The notes under the pieces were generated by a model that saw nothing but the letters and a program-made list of their open reading frames with translations, did not search any database and was not told the origin of the DNA. From the NCBI RefSeq assembly GCF_000020225.1, contig NC_010655.1, positions 2,160,001-2,192,000 on the forward strand: a stretch of DNA of 32,000 bases, written 5' to 3'. The position numbers and the translations under genes are program-made. Positions 1-9,361 of this stretch are shown here, one piece after another. How positions within the stretch are numbered: the stretch's first letter is position 1; each line of letters opens with the position of its first letter. The stretch is from Akkermansia muciniphila ATCC BAA-835 (GTDB lineage: Bacteria; Verrucomicrobiota; Verrucomicrobiia; Verrucomicrobiales; Akkermansiaceae).

Positions 1-399
1 ATCTGCGAAGCTTACGATGAAGAGGAACTGGTGGACGACAAAGGTAAAAAAGACGTCCGCACGGTGCTGCGCTTCGTGCCCCGCATGGCTCCGATCAAGG
101 CGGCCATCTTCCCTCTGCTTAAGAAAAACGGGGAACAGGTGCGTATTGCCCGGGAAATTGAAAAGACGCTTCAGCCGTGGATGTCCGTCTTTTATGATGA
201 AACGGGAGCCGTCGGCCGCCGTTACCGTCGTCAGGATGAAGTGGGTACTCCTTTCTGCATAACCGTGGACTTTGAAACTCTCGGGGAAAATGATGCTTCG
301 CTCAAGGGGACGGTGACCATTCGCCACCGCGACTCCATGAAACAGGAACGTGTTGCAATTGAAGACCTGCTGCATTGGCTTATTGCCCGCATACGTTGA
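1..399 (+). CDS. glyQS: glycine--tRNA ligase (GlyQS type), C-terminal fragment; 5' end lies outside the window
   Basis: Frame 1 is open from base 1 (ICEAYDEEELVDDKGKK...) to TGA at 397-399. The tracked start at 31 is an internal GTG. Anticodon-binding-domain motifs are present: YDETGAVGRRYRRQDEVGTPFCITVDFETL. Confidence 0.85.
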   Translation: MCEAYDEEELVDDKGKKDVRTVLRFVPRMAPIKAAIFPLLKKNGEQVRIAREIEKTLQPWMSVFYDETGAVGRRYRRQDEVGTPFCITVDFETLGENDASLKGTVTIRHRDSMKQERVAIEDLLHWLIARIR

Positions 400-436
400 T
401 GTTTTTTCAGCGGCTTTGATGCCGAAATTCCTTCAG

Positions 437-472
437 AGCCGTTCCGTTGACAGCGGAACGGCTTTTTATTTT
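437..472 (+). terminator. Rho-independent terminator after glyQS
   Basis: The 10-bp arm AGCCGTTCCG (437-446) pairs with CGGAACGGCT (454-463) across a 7-nt loop. It is followed directly by TTTTTATTTT. Confidence 0.65.
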
Positions 473-806
473 CAAAACAGCAGTGAAAAAAGGGGGCTGA
501 AAAACCGATACCGGGCGTGATTTTTCCAGAAGAGAGCCCGTTGTTCCGGAGTCGATATGACTGGAGGTCTGTGCGTTTTTTTGATGCTGCTATGCACGGC
601 TGGGAATGGATATTTCTTATATGTTTACTGGAAGCATATGGAATGAAAATTCAATGAGAGTTATTGACGTCCCGCCAGCAAAAGAGGGAAAATGACGGGT
701 GAGGCGGTTCAGGAAAAACGTCCTGATTTTTGAGCTTTTTTTTATCCTCTGCTGTCAAAGGTTTGTACGGCATGGAATGATGCGATCAGGTAGAAAGAAG
801 ATATTA

Positions 807-1637
807 ATGATGGAACATTCAGTAATTTTTCCGGACCATCGGAAGGTTTGCGCCCTGGGGCAGGGAACCTGGAAAATGGGAAAGTCAGCGTTGAGGGAAG
901 CCGATGAAATAGATGCTTTGCGCGCCGGCATTGAGCTGGGCATGAGCGTAGTGGATACGGCGGAGATGTATGGCAACGAGGAAATGGTGGGAGCGGCAAT
1001 CCGCGGTTTGCGCGACCGTGTTTTCCTGGTTACCAAGGTGTTGCCCGGCAACGCCAGCAGGACAGGAACCAAAGCGGCCTGCGAACGGAGCCTGAACAGG
1101 CTGAAGACGGATTACGTGGATTTGTTTCTGCTTCACTGGGGAGGTCCCCATCCCATTGAAGATACGGTTGCTTCAATGATTGAGCTGCAGCAGGAGGGAA
1201 AAATAAAAGCATGGGGCGTCAGCAATATGGACGTTCCGGAAATGGAGCGGTTTTACGCCGTCCCGGGAGGAGTTTCCTGCGCCGCCAACCAGATTCTTTA
1301 TAATCTGGCCCATCGAGGTGTGGAGTACGATTTGCTGCCATGGTGCCGGGAACGCCACCTTCCCGTGATGGCCTATTCGCCTGCGGATGAAGGGCGGCTT
1401 TCCCGTAATCCGGTGCTGATGGAGATTGCGCAGAAGCATGAGGCCACCCCGGTGCAGATTGCCCTGGCCTGGATTTTGCGCTGCCCTGGAATGATTGCGA
1501 TCCCCAAAGCCGGTTCCGTCACGCATGTGCAGGAAAATTACCGGAGTTTGTCCATCAGGCTGACTGCGGAAGATGTGGATTTGCTGGATGGGGCTTTTCC
1601 GCCCCCGGTCAGAAAGGTGCATCTGGATTCCTGGTAA
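807..1637 (+). CDS. aldo/keto reductase family oxidoreductase
   Basis: The tracked start at 699 is GTG with an implausible N-terminus. ATG at 807 is preceded by AGAAAGAAG. AKR hallmarks are present: GQGTWKMG, VDTAEMYGNEEMVG, DYVDLFLLHW, WGVSN, IPKAGSVTHVQEN. Confidence 0.85.
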   Translation: MMEHSVIFPDHRKVCALGQGTWKMGKSALREADEIDALRAGIELGMSVVDTAEMYGNEEMVGAAIRGLRDRVFLVTKVLPGNASRTGTKAACERSLNRLKTDYVDLFLLHWGGPHPIEDTVASMIELQQEGKIKAWGVSNMDVPEMERFYAVPGGVSCAANQILYNLAHRGVEYDLLPWCRERHLPVMAYSPADEGRLSRNPVLMEIAQKHEATPVQIALAWILRCPGMIAIPKAGSVTHVQENYRSLSIRLTAEDVDLLDGAFPPPVRKVHLDSW

Positions 1638-1993
1638 ACCGTGATGCCGTCCGGCAGTTGGGGAGAAGCGGGACGCGCGGATTTTCCTGCCGCATCAGAA
1701 TTGTTTCAAGCCTTTCATCTGTCCGGGATGAAAGGGCGCCAGCGGGTAATTTCAATACACGCACGCCTTGTGGGTAGGGTATTGGCTTTTTGTTCATGCG
1801 GCCGGGGAATCTTCTGACGCGTTTCCGGAAGGGGACTTCCCGGTTTTTCCCTTTGAACAGAGGATGTGCCGTTTTCCGGTTCCGGCTTCTTCAGTAGGGA
1901 AGAAGATTGAATGCGGCTGAAAGAAAGCCGCCCTTCCGGGAATACGGCATTCCGGAGAGGCGGCTCCAGAGGAGGAGGCGGGATAATAAAGCG

Positions 1994-4408
1994 CTACAGC
2001 GGCTGAGCGTCCGTCCTGGGTATCCAGACGGGCGTGTTCTGGAAGGTGCTGGCGTAGTACCAGGAGCCGCGTTCCGCGCGCAGGATGAGCGGGGTGGATT
2101 CCGGAAGGGTGATGAGCGCAGGGCTGTTCATGTCCGCCGCATGTCTGCCGGGCGTTTTTTGGGTAACGACCAGTAACCGATCTGCCGGAATGGATTCCGG
2201 GGTTTCCGGGTACATGATGTAGTTCATGACAGCCGCTACTGTGACCAGTCCGCTAAGGGTGGCCAGGATGGTCAGCAGGGCCCCGTGTCTGCGGGTAACG
2301 GTCAGCAGGGCCAGGAAGGTGAGCATGACGGCTCCGGACAGGATGGAGATGGGGCCGAGCGTATCATGGCGGATGTAAGTGAGCCACTGGTTTTCCGTGG
2401 TGTTGGCGGGCAGGATGGCGCCCTCCTTGCGTTCGATGAATAGCAGGTTGTATTCAGCTTCCGTGAAGTACGGGGAGAGTTCCAGAGCACGGCGGTAATT
2501 GAGAGCGGCCAGACCGGGTTTGTTCATGCGGTAATAGGAATTGCCGATGCCGAAACAGGCGTAGGCGCGTTCTGCCTTGGAAAGGTTCATATTGCCGCTT
2601 TCCTTGCTGAAATAGTCAATGGCTTTGGCGTACTCTCCCTGTTCATAGGCTTTTACACCCAGGTTGTCCGTTTCCGACGCGTTTCCGGTTGCTCCTGCCA
2701 GGGACATGGCCAGTACGGCGGCCATCATGAGAACGGGAAGCTTGGCGATGGCTTTTTTAATAGCCTGGAGCATGTGCTGGCGTTCCGCGTGCGGCAGTTC
2801 TTCCGAAGATTCCGAAGGCTTGAATGCCCTGTCGTCCCGGAGTTGAAGGATATCTTTCATTTTTTCATTCTGCTTGGAAGGCGGAATATAGGATTCAATA
2901 AAGTTGCCGGCGGCACGCAGGAATTCCGTGGAGCTTGCCTGGCGCGGAGTGGAAGCGAGCCTGCGGAAGGCTCTCATGCGTTCCCTGGCCGTGAAGCTTT
3001 CCTTCCGGATTTTCCGGATGTAGCGGATCAGAGCCATTCCCAGCAGGATGACGGCGGGGATGTAGGCCAGGAAATACCACCCCCAGTGAGCCGGAGCGGT
3101 AAGGGCGTTCATGACGGTGGCGGGCATGAGCCCGTAAATATCCGTCATTTCAGCTACCGGAATGGTGCCTGCCGGGGGAGGCGTGGCGGGAGCGGCACCT
3201 CCGGCCGCCGTTCCAGTAATGGCTGAGGCCTTCCATTCCAGGGGAATGGGGGCTGTGGTTACGGTTTTGTACTGTTGCGTGCTGGGGTCAAAAAAAGTGA
3301 GTTCAAAGGGAGGGATGGCATCCGTTTGGGCAACCGGACGCATCATTTGCTGAAATTCCACGGTTCCCTGGATGGAGCGCGTATTCTGGCCCGGGTCCAG
3401 CTTGTTGGGAGGATAGAGTTTCCAGTTGGAGGCGTCTGTGAGGGCCGGGCAGGCGATACTGTGGATATTGCCTGTTCCTGTTACCCTGATTTTAACAGTA
3501 ATGGGTTCATTGGCACTGAGATCCCGCGCATCCGTGGTGGAGGAGATGCGGAAATTCCCTACGGCATTGGTGAAGGAAGAGGGAGCTCCCGGGGGGAGTT
3601 CCCGGGCTGTGATTTTCACTTCCGGAATGGCCATTTCCACCAGTACTTCCGAACGGATGAAGTTGGCGATGAGAGGGTCCGCCTCCGGCAGGGCGGCGCG
3701 TGCCGTGACAGTGCCGGACGCCGTTACCTCCCCGGCGCGCAGCGGGAACAGGGTGCTCTGGAAGGTCATGACATTCCAGTTGACGCCTTTGTAAAGTACA
3801 GAACCGCGAGGCTGGCCGCGGAGCAGTTCCACCAGCGTGGGTTCAAAGCGCCAGGTAGCCAGGTTGGAGGTGGTGATGGCGGGCGCCGTGTATTCCAGAA
3901 TGTATTCCGGGGCGTAAATTTTCAGTTCGCAGCGGTCCGGCTGGTGGACATAGGGTTTCTGGTTGTCCACATGCCACAGCATGCCGTACGGGACTGCTGT
4001 GCCGTTCAGGTTCAGCGTATTCCATTTGATGGCGCTGTAAGGGTAGACAGTCAGCGTCTGGGGAAGCGTGGTATAAGTGCGGCCATTGTTGGCCTGCAGG
4101 GTCAGGGAAGGGATTTCCACGGTGCCCACTTCGTCCGGCGTTACTTCAATGGCCATCAGGAAGGCGGATTGGTTGGGAGACCCCGGCCAGCGGATGTAGT
4201 TGCCCTGGCTGACCCAGCGCAGGCTGGCGCCCTTTACCCGGGGAAGCGGGTCCTGGCGGGCGATGCTTCCGTCTGTCAGGATGATGAAGAGACGGGTTTG
4301 TTCTCCCGGCACAACGGCATCGGACAGCCAGGTGGTAACCACCTGCTGAGCCATAAGCGTGACAGTCATGCAGAAGAAAAGCGAAAGAATGGCGAGCAGT
4401 TTTTTCAT
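1994..4408 (-). CDS. BatD-like oxygen-tolerance protein fused to a BatE-like TPR/SH3b C-terminal region
   Basis: The ORF is open to 4525, but ATG at 4408 gives the signal peptide MKKLLAILSLFFCMTVTLMAQQ and sits 55 nt after the upstream stop. A long beta-rich exported region is followed by a TM helix (WGWYFLAYIPAVILLGMALI). The C-terminal third has TPR-like repeats (AYEQGEYAKAIDYF, NYRRALELSPYFTEAEYNL), two more TM helices and an SH3b-like tail. Confidence 0.72.
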   Translation of the reverse strand: MKKLLAILSLFFCMTVTLMAQQVVTTWLSDAVVPGEQTRLFIILTDGSIARQDPLPRVKGASLRWVSQGNYIRWPGSPNQSAFLMAIEVTPDEVGTVEIPSLTLQANNGRTYTTLPQTLTVYPYSAIKWNTLNLNGTAVPYGMLWHVDNQKPYVHQPDRCELKIYAPEYILEYTAPAITTSNLATWRFEPTLVELLRGQPRGSVLYKGVNWNVMTFQSTLFPLRAGEVTASGTVTARAALPEADPLIANFIRSEVLVEMAIPEVKITARELPPGAPSSFTNAVGNFRISSTTDARDLSANEPITVKIRVTGTGNIHSIACPALTDASNWKLYPPNKLDPGQNTRSIQGTVEFQQMMRPVAQTDAIPPFELTFFDPSTQQYKTVTTAPIPLEWKASAITGTAAGGAAPATPPPAGTIPVAEMTDIYGLMPATVMNALTAPAHWGWYFLAYIPAVILLGMALIRYIRKIRKESFTARERMRAFRRLASTPRQASSTEFLRAAGNFIESYIPPSKQNEKMKDILQLRDDRAFKPSESSEELPHAERQHMLQAIKKAIAKLPVLMMAAVLAMSLAGATGNASETDNLGVKAYEQGEYAKAIDYFSKESGNMNLSKAERAYACFGIGNSYYRMNKPGLAALNYRRALELSPYFTEAEYNLLFIERKEGAILPANTTENQWLTYIRHDTLGPISILSGAVMLTFLALLTVTRRHGALLTILATLSGLVTVAAVMNYIMYPETPESIPADRLLVVTQKTPGRHAADMNSPALITLPESTPLILRAERGSWYYASTFQNTPVWIPRTDAQPL

Positions 4409-4463
4409 CTTGTTTTGCGGGATATGTTTAAAGGGGTGGCTTCGCGGATGCGGGCGGAACGGG

Positions 4464-6728
4464 TTAGTAATCCTTATCCGGAGGAATTTCCGGAGAACGC
4501 TGGGGAACGGGGCAGCCGGGTTCAATGTCCCTGCGTTCCATCAGGATGGCTCTTGCTTCCCTGCGTTCCTTTTCCTCCCTGCTTTCCTTTTGTGCGGCTG
4601 CCGGAACGGGCTTGTTATCTTCCGGCTGGGGCTGCGGTTTTTCCATTCCGGACGTTTCTGGCAGCCTGTCTTTTTCCGGAGAGGAGGGAAGCCGGGCGTT
4701 TTTCATTTCATTTTCGTCCCTCTTGCCTTCCTTGGTTTCGGCGTTATCCTTGTCTTGGTCCTTGTCTTGGTCCTTGTCTTGGTCCTTGTCTTGGTCCTTG
4801 TTCTGGTCCTTGTTCTGGTCCTTGTTCTGGTCCTTGTTCTGGTCCTTGTTCTGGTCCTTGTTCTGGTCCTTGTTCTGGTCCTTGTTCTGGTCCTTGTTCT
4901 GGTCCTTGTTCTGGTCCTTGTTCTGGTCCTTGTTCTGGTCCTTGTTCTGGTCCTTGTTCTGGTCCTTGTTCTGGTCCTTGTTCTGGTCCTTGTTCTGGTC
5001 CTTGTTCTGGTCCTTGTTCTGGTCCTTGTTCTGGTCCTTGTTCTGGTCCTTGTTCTGGTCCTTGTTCTGGTCCTTGTTCTGGTCCTGTTGTTTTTTCTTC
5101 TCTTCTTCCAATTTCTTCTTTAATTCTTCCAGCTGCCGGCGGTATTCGTCCAAGGATTTATCATAACGGAGCATTTCCTCCTTGTTGGACGCTGCTCCTT
5201 CATGGGAACCATAGGCAGAGAGCGCATCGTCAAAACGTTTGACGGCCTCTTTAACATGTTTTTTCGCAACGGGTATTTTTGCCAGCCGGGCATCAATTTC
5301 CTTAATTTGGTCGTCAATGGAAGAGAGCCGGGCTTGCTGCTGTTCCCCTTCCGGCCTGGAGAAAGTCATGGTCTTGCGGGCCTGGGCGGCTTCCAGGTTG
5401 CCAAGGTTGAAGTGGGAATCCGCCTGGAGGGCTGGTTTGGGAGAAAGGAGCGCCTGGGAGAAAGCTTCCGCGGCTTCTTTGGGGTTATCCGCTTTTTGTT
5501 CCAGGCATCCTTTGGCGAATTCCAAGGCCTGGCGCGTTTCTTCCGCCAGGTCGGGAACAGCGAGCATTTCATCAATGGATTTGACGGCTTCTTCCGTTTT
5601 TCCCGTCCGGATCAAATCCGTGACATTGTCCAGGGCGTGCGTGTCCGCCTGCGCTTCCTGGCCCAGCAGTCCGGCGCAGAATAACGCCGCAGCAGTCAGA
5701 GATGTCATACCGCGGCGTCCGGAACGGCGGAAGGAACGCCAGCGTGTTCCCGCCAGAAGGGTGAGGAGCAGGCAGATGAGGGCCGGAACGGCAAAGGTGA
5801 TGTAGCGGTCATTCGGCACGCGGCGCACTTCTTCCTTGCCTTCCGTGGTATCCAGCCGGTCCGCGATGTCCTTGACGAAGCGGTTCAGCGCCGCTCCGTC
5901 GGAGAGTTGGACATATTGGCCTTCCGTTTGCCTGGCCAGGTATTGCAGGCTTTCCGGATTGAGCTTGGAGACGACGTGCTGGCCACGACGATCCCGGTAC
6001 AGGCCGGAGGGGGATTGCTCATCCGGAATAGTGGTACCGATAGTAGTACCGATACCCGCTGTCACGATGATAAGCTGGTGCTGCCGTGCGGCTTCCGCAG
6101 TCTTATAGGTGATGTTGACGGTGTCTTCCCCGTCGCTGAGGATGACCAGGGCGTTTTTGGCGTCCGCTTCCTTGTCCCGTTTGAAGGTTTGAAGGGCCAG
6201 CCGCACAACGTTTTCCAGGTTGGTTCCCCCTTGGGAGACCCAGCCGAATTGAAGTTGTTCAATGGTTTCTTTTAATGCGTTATGGTCATGGGTAAGGGGC
6301 ATGAGCAGGACGGCGTCTCCGGAGAAGATGATGATGCCGAAGTTGTCCCCCGGCAGGGCGTCCAGCAGGTCGTAGGCGGCGGTTTTTGCCCTTCCCAAGC
6401 GGGTCGGGGAAGCATCCTTGCTGAGCATGGAACGGGAGCAGTCAATAGCAATGAGGATGTTGCGCGATTTGGGGATTTCCTTTACCTCCGTGTAGCCGTC
6501 CACCGGGCGCGCAATGGAGAGGATGGCGAAGATGGACGCCAGCACGGCAAAGATGACGGGGAGCACCCGGTGCCAGGTGGCCGGAGCGTGAACCAGTTCC
6601 CGCCGGTATTCCGGCGAAACGAGCACTTCCCATTTTCTGGAACGGCGGCGCCACAGCCACCAGGCCGCCGCTGCGAGCAGGACCGGGAGAATGAGCGCGT
6701 ACAGAACGTTGGGATAAAGGAAAGTCAT
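4464..6728 (-). CDS. BatB-like VWA domain protein fused to a BatC-like TPR region, a coiled coil and a (QNKD)n low-complexity tail
   Basis: Two N-terminal TM helices are followed by a VWA domain with MIDAS motif IAIDCSRSM. Further TM helices follow (YITFAVPALICLLLTLLAG, LTAAALFCAGLL), then TPR-like helices, a Lys/Glu coiled coil and the repeat. ATG is at 6728, 18 nt after the batA-like stop. Confidence 0.8.
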   Translation of the reverse strand: MTFLYPNVLYALILPVLLAAAAWWLWRRRSRKWEVLVSPEYRRELVHAPATWHRVLPVIFAVLASIFAILSIARPVDGYTEVKEIPKSRNILIAIDCSRSMLSKDASPTRLGRAKTAAYDLLDALPGDNFGIIIFSGDAVLLMPLTHDHNALKETIEQLQFGWVSQGGTNLENVVRLALQTFKRDKEADAKNALVILSDGEDTVNITYKTAEAARQHQLIIVTAGIGTTIGTTIPDEQSPSGLYRDRRGQHVVSKLNPESLQYLARQTEGQYVQLSDGAALNRFVKDIADRLDTTEGKEEVRRVPNDRYITFAVPALICLLLTLLAGTRWRSFRRSGRRGMTSLTAAALFCAGLLGQEAQADTHALDNVTDLIRTGKTEEAVKSIDEMLAVPDLAEETRQALEFAKGCLEQKADNPKEAAEAFSQALLSPKPALQADSHFNLGNLEAAQARKTMTFSRPEGEQQQARLSSIDDQIKEIDARLAKIPVAKKHVKEAVKRFDDALSAYGSHEGAASNKEEMLRYDKSLDEYRRQLEELKKKLEEEKKKQQDQNKDQNKDQNKDQNKDQNKDQNKDQNKDQNKDQNKDQNKDQNKDQNKDQNKDQNKDQNKDQNKDQNKDQNKDQNKDQNKDQNKDQNKDQNKDQNKDQDKDQDKDQDKDQDKDNAETKEGKRDENEMKNARLPSSPEKDRLPETSGMEKPQPQPEDNKPVPAAAQKESREEKERREARAILMERRDIEPGCPVPQRSPEIPPDKDY
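4745..5092. repeat. 12-bp in-frame tandem repeat (minisatellite) within the CDS
   Basis: GGTCCTTGTTCT occurs 24 times with no mismatch (4793-5080). GGTCCTTGTCTT occurs 3 times perfectly (4757-4792). Degenerate units flank both ends (4745-4756, 5081-5092). On the coding (minus) strand these read GAC CAG AAC AAG (DQNK) and GAC CAA GAC AAG (DQDK). Confidence 0.97.
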
Positions 6729-6746
6729 GACGGGTGAAGATCGGTA

Positions 6747-7733
6747 TTACGGGGCGGGGGCCGGTTTGAGCACTTGCAGGGAGAGGCCCAGAAGCGCCAG
6801 CGCGGCTCCCGTTACAAGGAAGTACATGAAGTATTCTTCAATGTGGCGGACGGTTTGCACTTTGGCCTCGCTTTTTTCCAGCTTCCCGATGGAGGTGAAC
6901 GCTTTATTGAAGGAGGCCATATTGGTGGCCCGGAAGTGTTCTCCGCCCGTGAGCTGGGCTATTTTCCGCAGGGTTGGTTCGTCAAATTCACTTTGCACCA
7001 CCATACCGTTCGCCAGGGTTCCTTCTTCCGTGCCTACGGCAATGGTATAAATTTTGATACCCAGCTTGGCCGCGTTTTCCGCCGCCACCAGCGGGGATAT
7101 CTGGCCGGAGTTGGAGGCACCATCCGTCACCAGGATGATGATTTTTGATTTGGTTTCCTTACGGTCGTCCAGCCGGGTGGCCGCCGCCGCAATGGCGGAG
7201 CCGATGGCCGTGCCGTCCGCCTGGATCATGCGCGGATGGAAATCCCGGATGATGCTGTTGACCAGGGCGTGGTCCAGCGTGAGCGGACAGAAGGATTTTG
7301 TTTTCCCGGCAAATCCCACGATACCGATGCGGTCGTCCGGACGGCTGTCAACAAATTGGGTGATGACGTGTTTGGCTGCTACCAGCCGGTTGATGGGCAT
7401 TCGGTTGAGAACCATGTCCGGCGTTTCCATGGAGTAGGAAAGGTCAAAGGCGATCATGATGTCAATGCCGTTGACTGTCCGGAAGGTTTTATCTTCCACG
7501 TGCTGGGGGCGCGCCAGGGCGATGGCGATGGCGGCAGCCGCCAGAACGAAGCAAAGGGCCCCTATTTTCCCTGCCAGGGATTGCGGAGTGCGCGCCAGGG
7601 AAGCGATGAAGCGCACGGTGGGGTAGGTGATGGAGCCTTCCGCCCCGCGCCTGCGGCGGAGGATGATGAGGCACAAGATGAAGGGTAAGGCATAAAGCCA
7701 TTCAGGTTGTGCAAATTGGAAGTGTTCCGTCAT
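6747..7733 (-). CDS. batA: BatA-like membrane-anchored VWA domain protein
   Basis: The N-terminus FQFAQPEWLYALPFILCLIIL is typical of BatA. The MIDAS motif is IAFDLSYSM, with ILVTDGASN further on and a C-terminal TM helix. ATG at 7733 lies 6 nt after the upstream stop. Confidence 0.82.
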   Translation of the reverse strand: MTEHFQFAQPEWLYALPFILCLIILRRRRGAEGSITYPTVRFIASLARTPQSLAGKIGALCFVLAAAAIAIALARPQHVEDKTFRTVNGIDIMIAFDLSYSMETPDMVLNRMPINRLVAAKHVITQFVDSRPDDRIGIVGFAGKTKSFCPLTLDHALVNSIIRDFHPRMIQADGTAIGSAIAAAATRLDDRKETKSKIIILVTDGASNSGQISPLVAAENAAKLGIKIYTIAVGTEEGTLANGMVVQSEFDEPTLRKIAQLTGGEHFRATNMASFNKAFTSIGKLEKSEAKVQTVRHIEEYFMYFLVTGAALALLGLSLQVLKPAPAP

Positions 7734-7739
7734 GGTATG

Positions 7740-8354
7740 CTAGCGTTGGTTGAAGCGGGATGAAGATTTTTTGACGACAAGGTCCGTTTCTTCCTTCGTC
7801 CGGTGGGCATCCGCTTCTATATCATTGATGAGTTGGACCGTAGCGTTCGCCAATTCGTTGACCATGGAATCGTTTTCCGGGGTGTCCGGTTCATATTTGA
7901 GAGAAGCCATGCGGTCCAGCAGATCGCGCGTGGGGGCCTGGAGTTCGGAAGGCAGCGCTGTGAGCGCGTCTGCCCGGCGGTTGAATTCCTGCTGGGTTTC
8001 ATATAGTGCCGGGTCTTTGGTTTCTCCTACCAGGTATTTGCGGAGGATCAGGGAAAATTCCACGGCGGCCTGCCTGAGGGAGGGATGCGTGTTCCGGAGC
8101 ATCGAGATGTCCCGGATAGCGGTTTCCGACGGGCTGAGCGGCGCGGCGGGGATGCGTCCCTTTCTGCGGATGAGCACGATGACGGCGATAGCGACGGCCA
8201 GAAGGATGGAGGCCAAAATAATCCAGATGCCCCACGCATCCCAAAAGCCCGCTTGGAAGTAGGCATCCGGGGATTGTGTTTCCATCAGGGAGGGAAACGC
8301 CGGCGGTTCCGGAATTGCCGTGGGGGGGGGCTGAAAGGTGGCGGGGGGTGGCAT
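7740..8354 (-). CDS. DUF4381-like single-pass membrane protein of the Bat operon
   Basis: It has a Pro-rich N-terminus, then WDAWGIWIILASILLAVAIAVIVLI (TM) and a helical cytoplasmic tail. It occupies the position between DUF58 and BatA that a DUF4381 protein fills in Bat operons. An alternative ATG is at 8285. Confidence 0.55.
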   Translation of the reverse strand: MPPPATFQPPPTAIPEPPAFPSLMETQSPDAYFQAGFWDAWGIWIILASILLAVAIAVIVLIRRKGRIPAAPLSPSETAIRDISMLRNTHPSLRQAAVEFSLILRKYLVGETKDPALYETQQEFNRRADALTALPSELQAPTRDLLDRMASLKYEPDTPENDSMVNELANATVQLINDIEADAHRTKEETDLVVKKSSSRFNQR

Positions 8355-8372
8355 GGCTGATAGAGAAGAGGA

Positions 8373-9263
8373 TTAGCGTGAAAATTTACGGGATCTTCTG
8401 GCAAAAAGGGCCCGGAGGGGAGGCATGAAGTTGTCTGTGGTCTGCAAGTCCAGGAAGTCAATGCCCAGGCGGCGGAAATCCTGCGTCCATTTCTCGCGGT
8501 GCAGATGAACGACGTTGGCGTGGGTTTCCCGGACATCCTGACGGGAAAGGTTCAGGAACATGCTTTTGCCAGTTTCCGGATCTTTCAGGATGACGCGTCC
8601 GGCATCCGGCAGATGCAGTTCCATCGGGTCTGCGATGCGGATGGGGATGAAGTCATGCTTGAAGTTGAGCTGCCCCAGGGCGGCTTTATTGTTCTCACCC
8701 CAAAAGTCACTGATCATGATGACCATGGCCGCTTTTTTCTGGGAAAGGACAAGTTGCCGGGCTACATCGGAAATGTTCTGGTCGGCTCCATCGTTTTTAC
8801 TGGCTACGATTTCGCGGACGATGCGCAGGGTCTGCTTGACTCCCTTGGCCGGGGGGATGTAATGGGAGTGGCTGTTCCCGTAGATAAGGAGGCCGCATTT
8901 GTCTCCGCTCTGGGCAGCGCTGTAGGCGAGCACTGCCGCTACTTCCGCCGCATAGTCCAGTTTGGAGACGCGGGCCGCGGAGGAGGCGTAGTGCATGGAG
9001 CCGCTGACGTCCACCGCCAGAATGACGGCCTGTTCCCGTTCCTCCCGGAAACGGCGGACAAAAGGGGAGTTCATCCTGGCCGTTACCTTCCAGTCAATGA
9101 AGCGGGGGTCATCTCCCGGCATGTATTCCCGGAAGTCGTCAAAGTCCAGCCCCTGTCCGCGGAAGCCGGACTGGTATTGCCCGGCGAAGTTTTCCGTGGC
9201 CAGATGCCTGGCGCGCAGTTCAATGCGGCGTACGCGCTTGAGAATGTCTGAGGCTTTATCCAT
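8373..9263 (-). CDS. DUF58 domain protein (MoxR-associated, VWA-like)
   Basis: The motif GDDPRFIDWKVTAR is typical of DUF58, and AVDVSGSM is MIDAS-like. The tracked start at 9290 is TTG. ATG at 9263 (MDKASDILKR) is preferred. Confidence 0.85.
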   Translation of the reverse strand: MDKASDILKRVRRIELRARHLATENFAGQYQSGFRGQGLDFDDFREYMPGDDPRFIDWKVTARMNSPFVRRFREEREQAVILAVDVSGSMHYASSAARVSKLDYAAEVAAVLAYSAAQSGDKCGLLIYGNSHSHYIPPAKGVKQTLRIVREIVASKNDGADQNISDVARQLVLSQKKAAMVIMISDFWGENNKAALGQLNFKHDFIPIRIADPMELHLPDAGRVILKDPETGKSMFLNLSRQDVRETHANVVHLHREKWTQDFRRLGIDFLDLQTTDNFMPPLRALFARRSRKFSR

Positions 9264-9361
9264 GAAATGATTTTCCCTGTTTGGGTTCAATCAGGTTCCG
9301 GCAAGGCGCCCCTTGGGGCCTGAAGGATAAGGGCGGGCGCGGAAGCGTCCGCCTCCTGCTG

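Noticed and set aside
610-632. CTTATATGTTTACTGG upstream of the first AKR, considered as a third copy of the TTATAGTTACTATAA motif.
   Set aside because: It needs indels to align and has no palindromic symmetry, so it is too weak to claim without a genome-wide motif model.
699-806. N-terminal extensions offered by the ORF track: 699-806, 4409-4525, 9264-9290, 13292-13447, 21639-21728, 22796-22810, 27369-27371 and 30516-30572.
   Set aside because: Several begin at GTG or TTG. They add compositionally odd leaders, overlap the upstream gene or intergenic hairpins, and a downstream ATG gives a canonical N-terminus (a signal peptide or family-typical start) with a purine-rich stretch upstream. The starts remain uncertain for 20400-21638 and 30573-31709.
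1903-1957. Hairpins in the convergent gap between the AKR and the BatD-like gene: GCGGCT-N7-AGCCGC at 1903-1921 and TCCGGGAAT/ATTCCGGA at about 1934-1957.
   Set aside because: The stems are short or bulged with no adjacent U-tract on either strand, so they are not reportable as terminators.
4745-5092. Possible CRISPR array or other non-coding repeat.
   Set aside because: The units are contiguous 12-mers with no spacers. They are exactly in frame within a long ORF and lack any leader or cas genes. This is a coding minisatellite.
3275-5242. A 655-aa plus-strand ORF, plus 4359-5123 and 4525-5166, running antisense to the BatD/BatB-like genes and through the repeat (PCSG, VLVL and FWSL repeats).
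   Set aside because: The translations are Arg/Gly/Pro/Cys-rich noise, and the repeats are simply alternative frames of the 12-bp repeat. The opposite strand carries motif-supported VWA/TPR/BatD-like proteins. This is a typical shadow ORF of GC-rich coding DNA.
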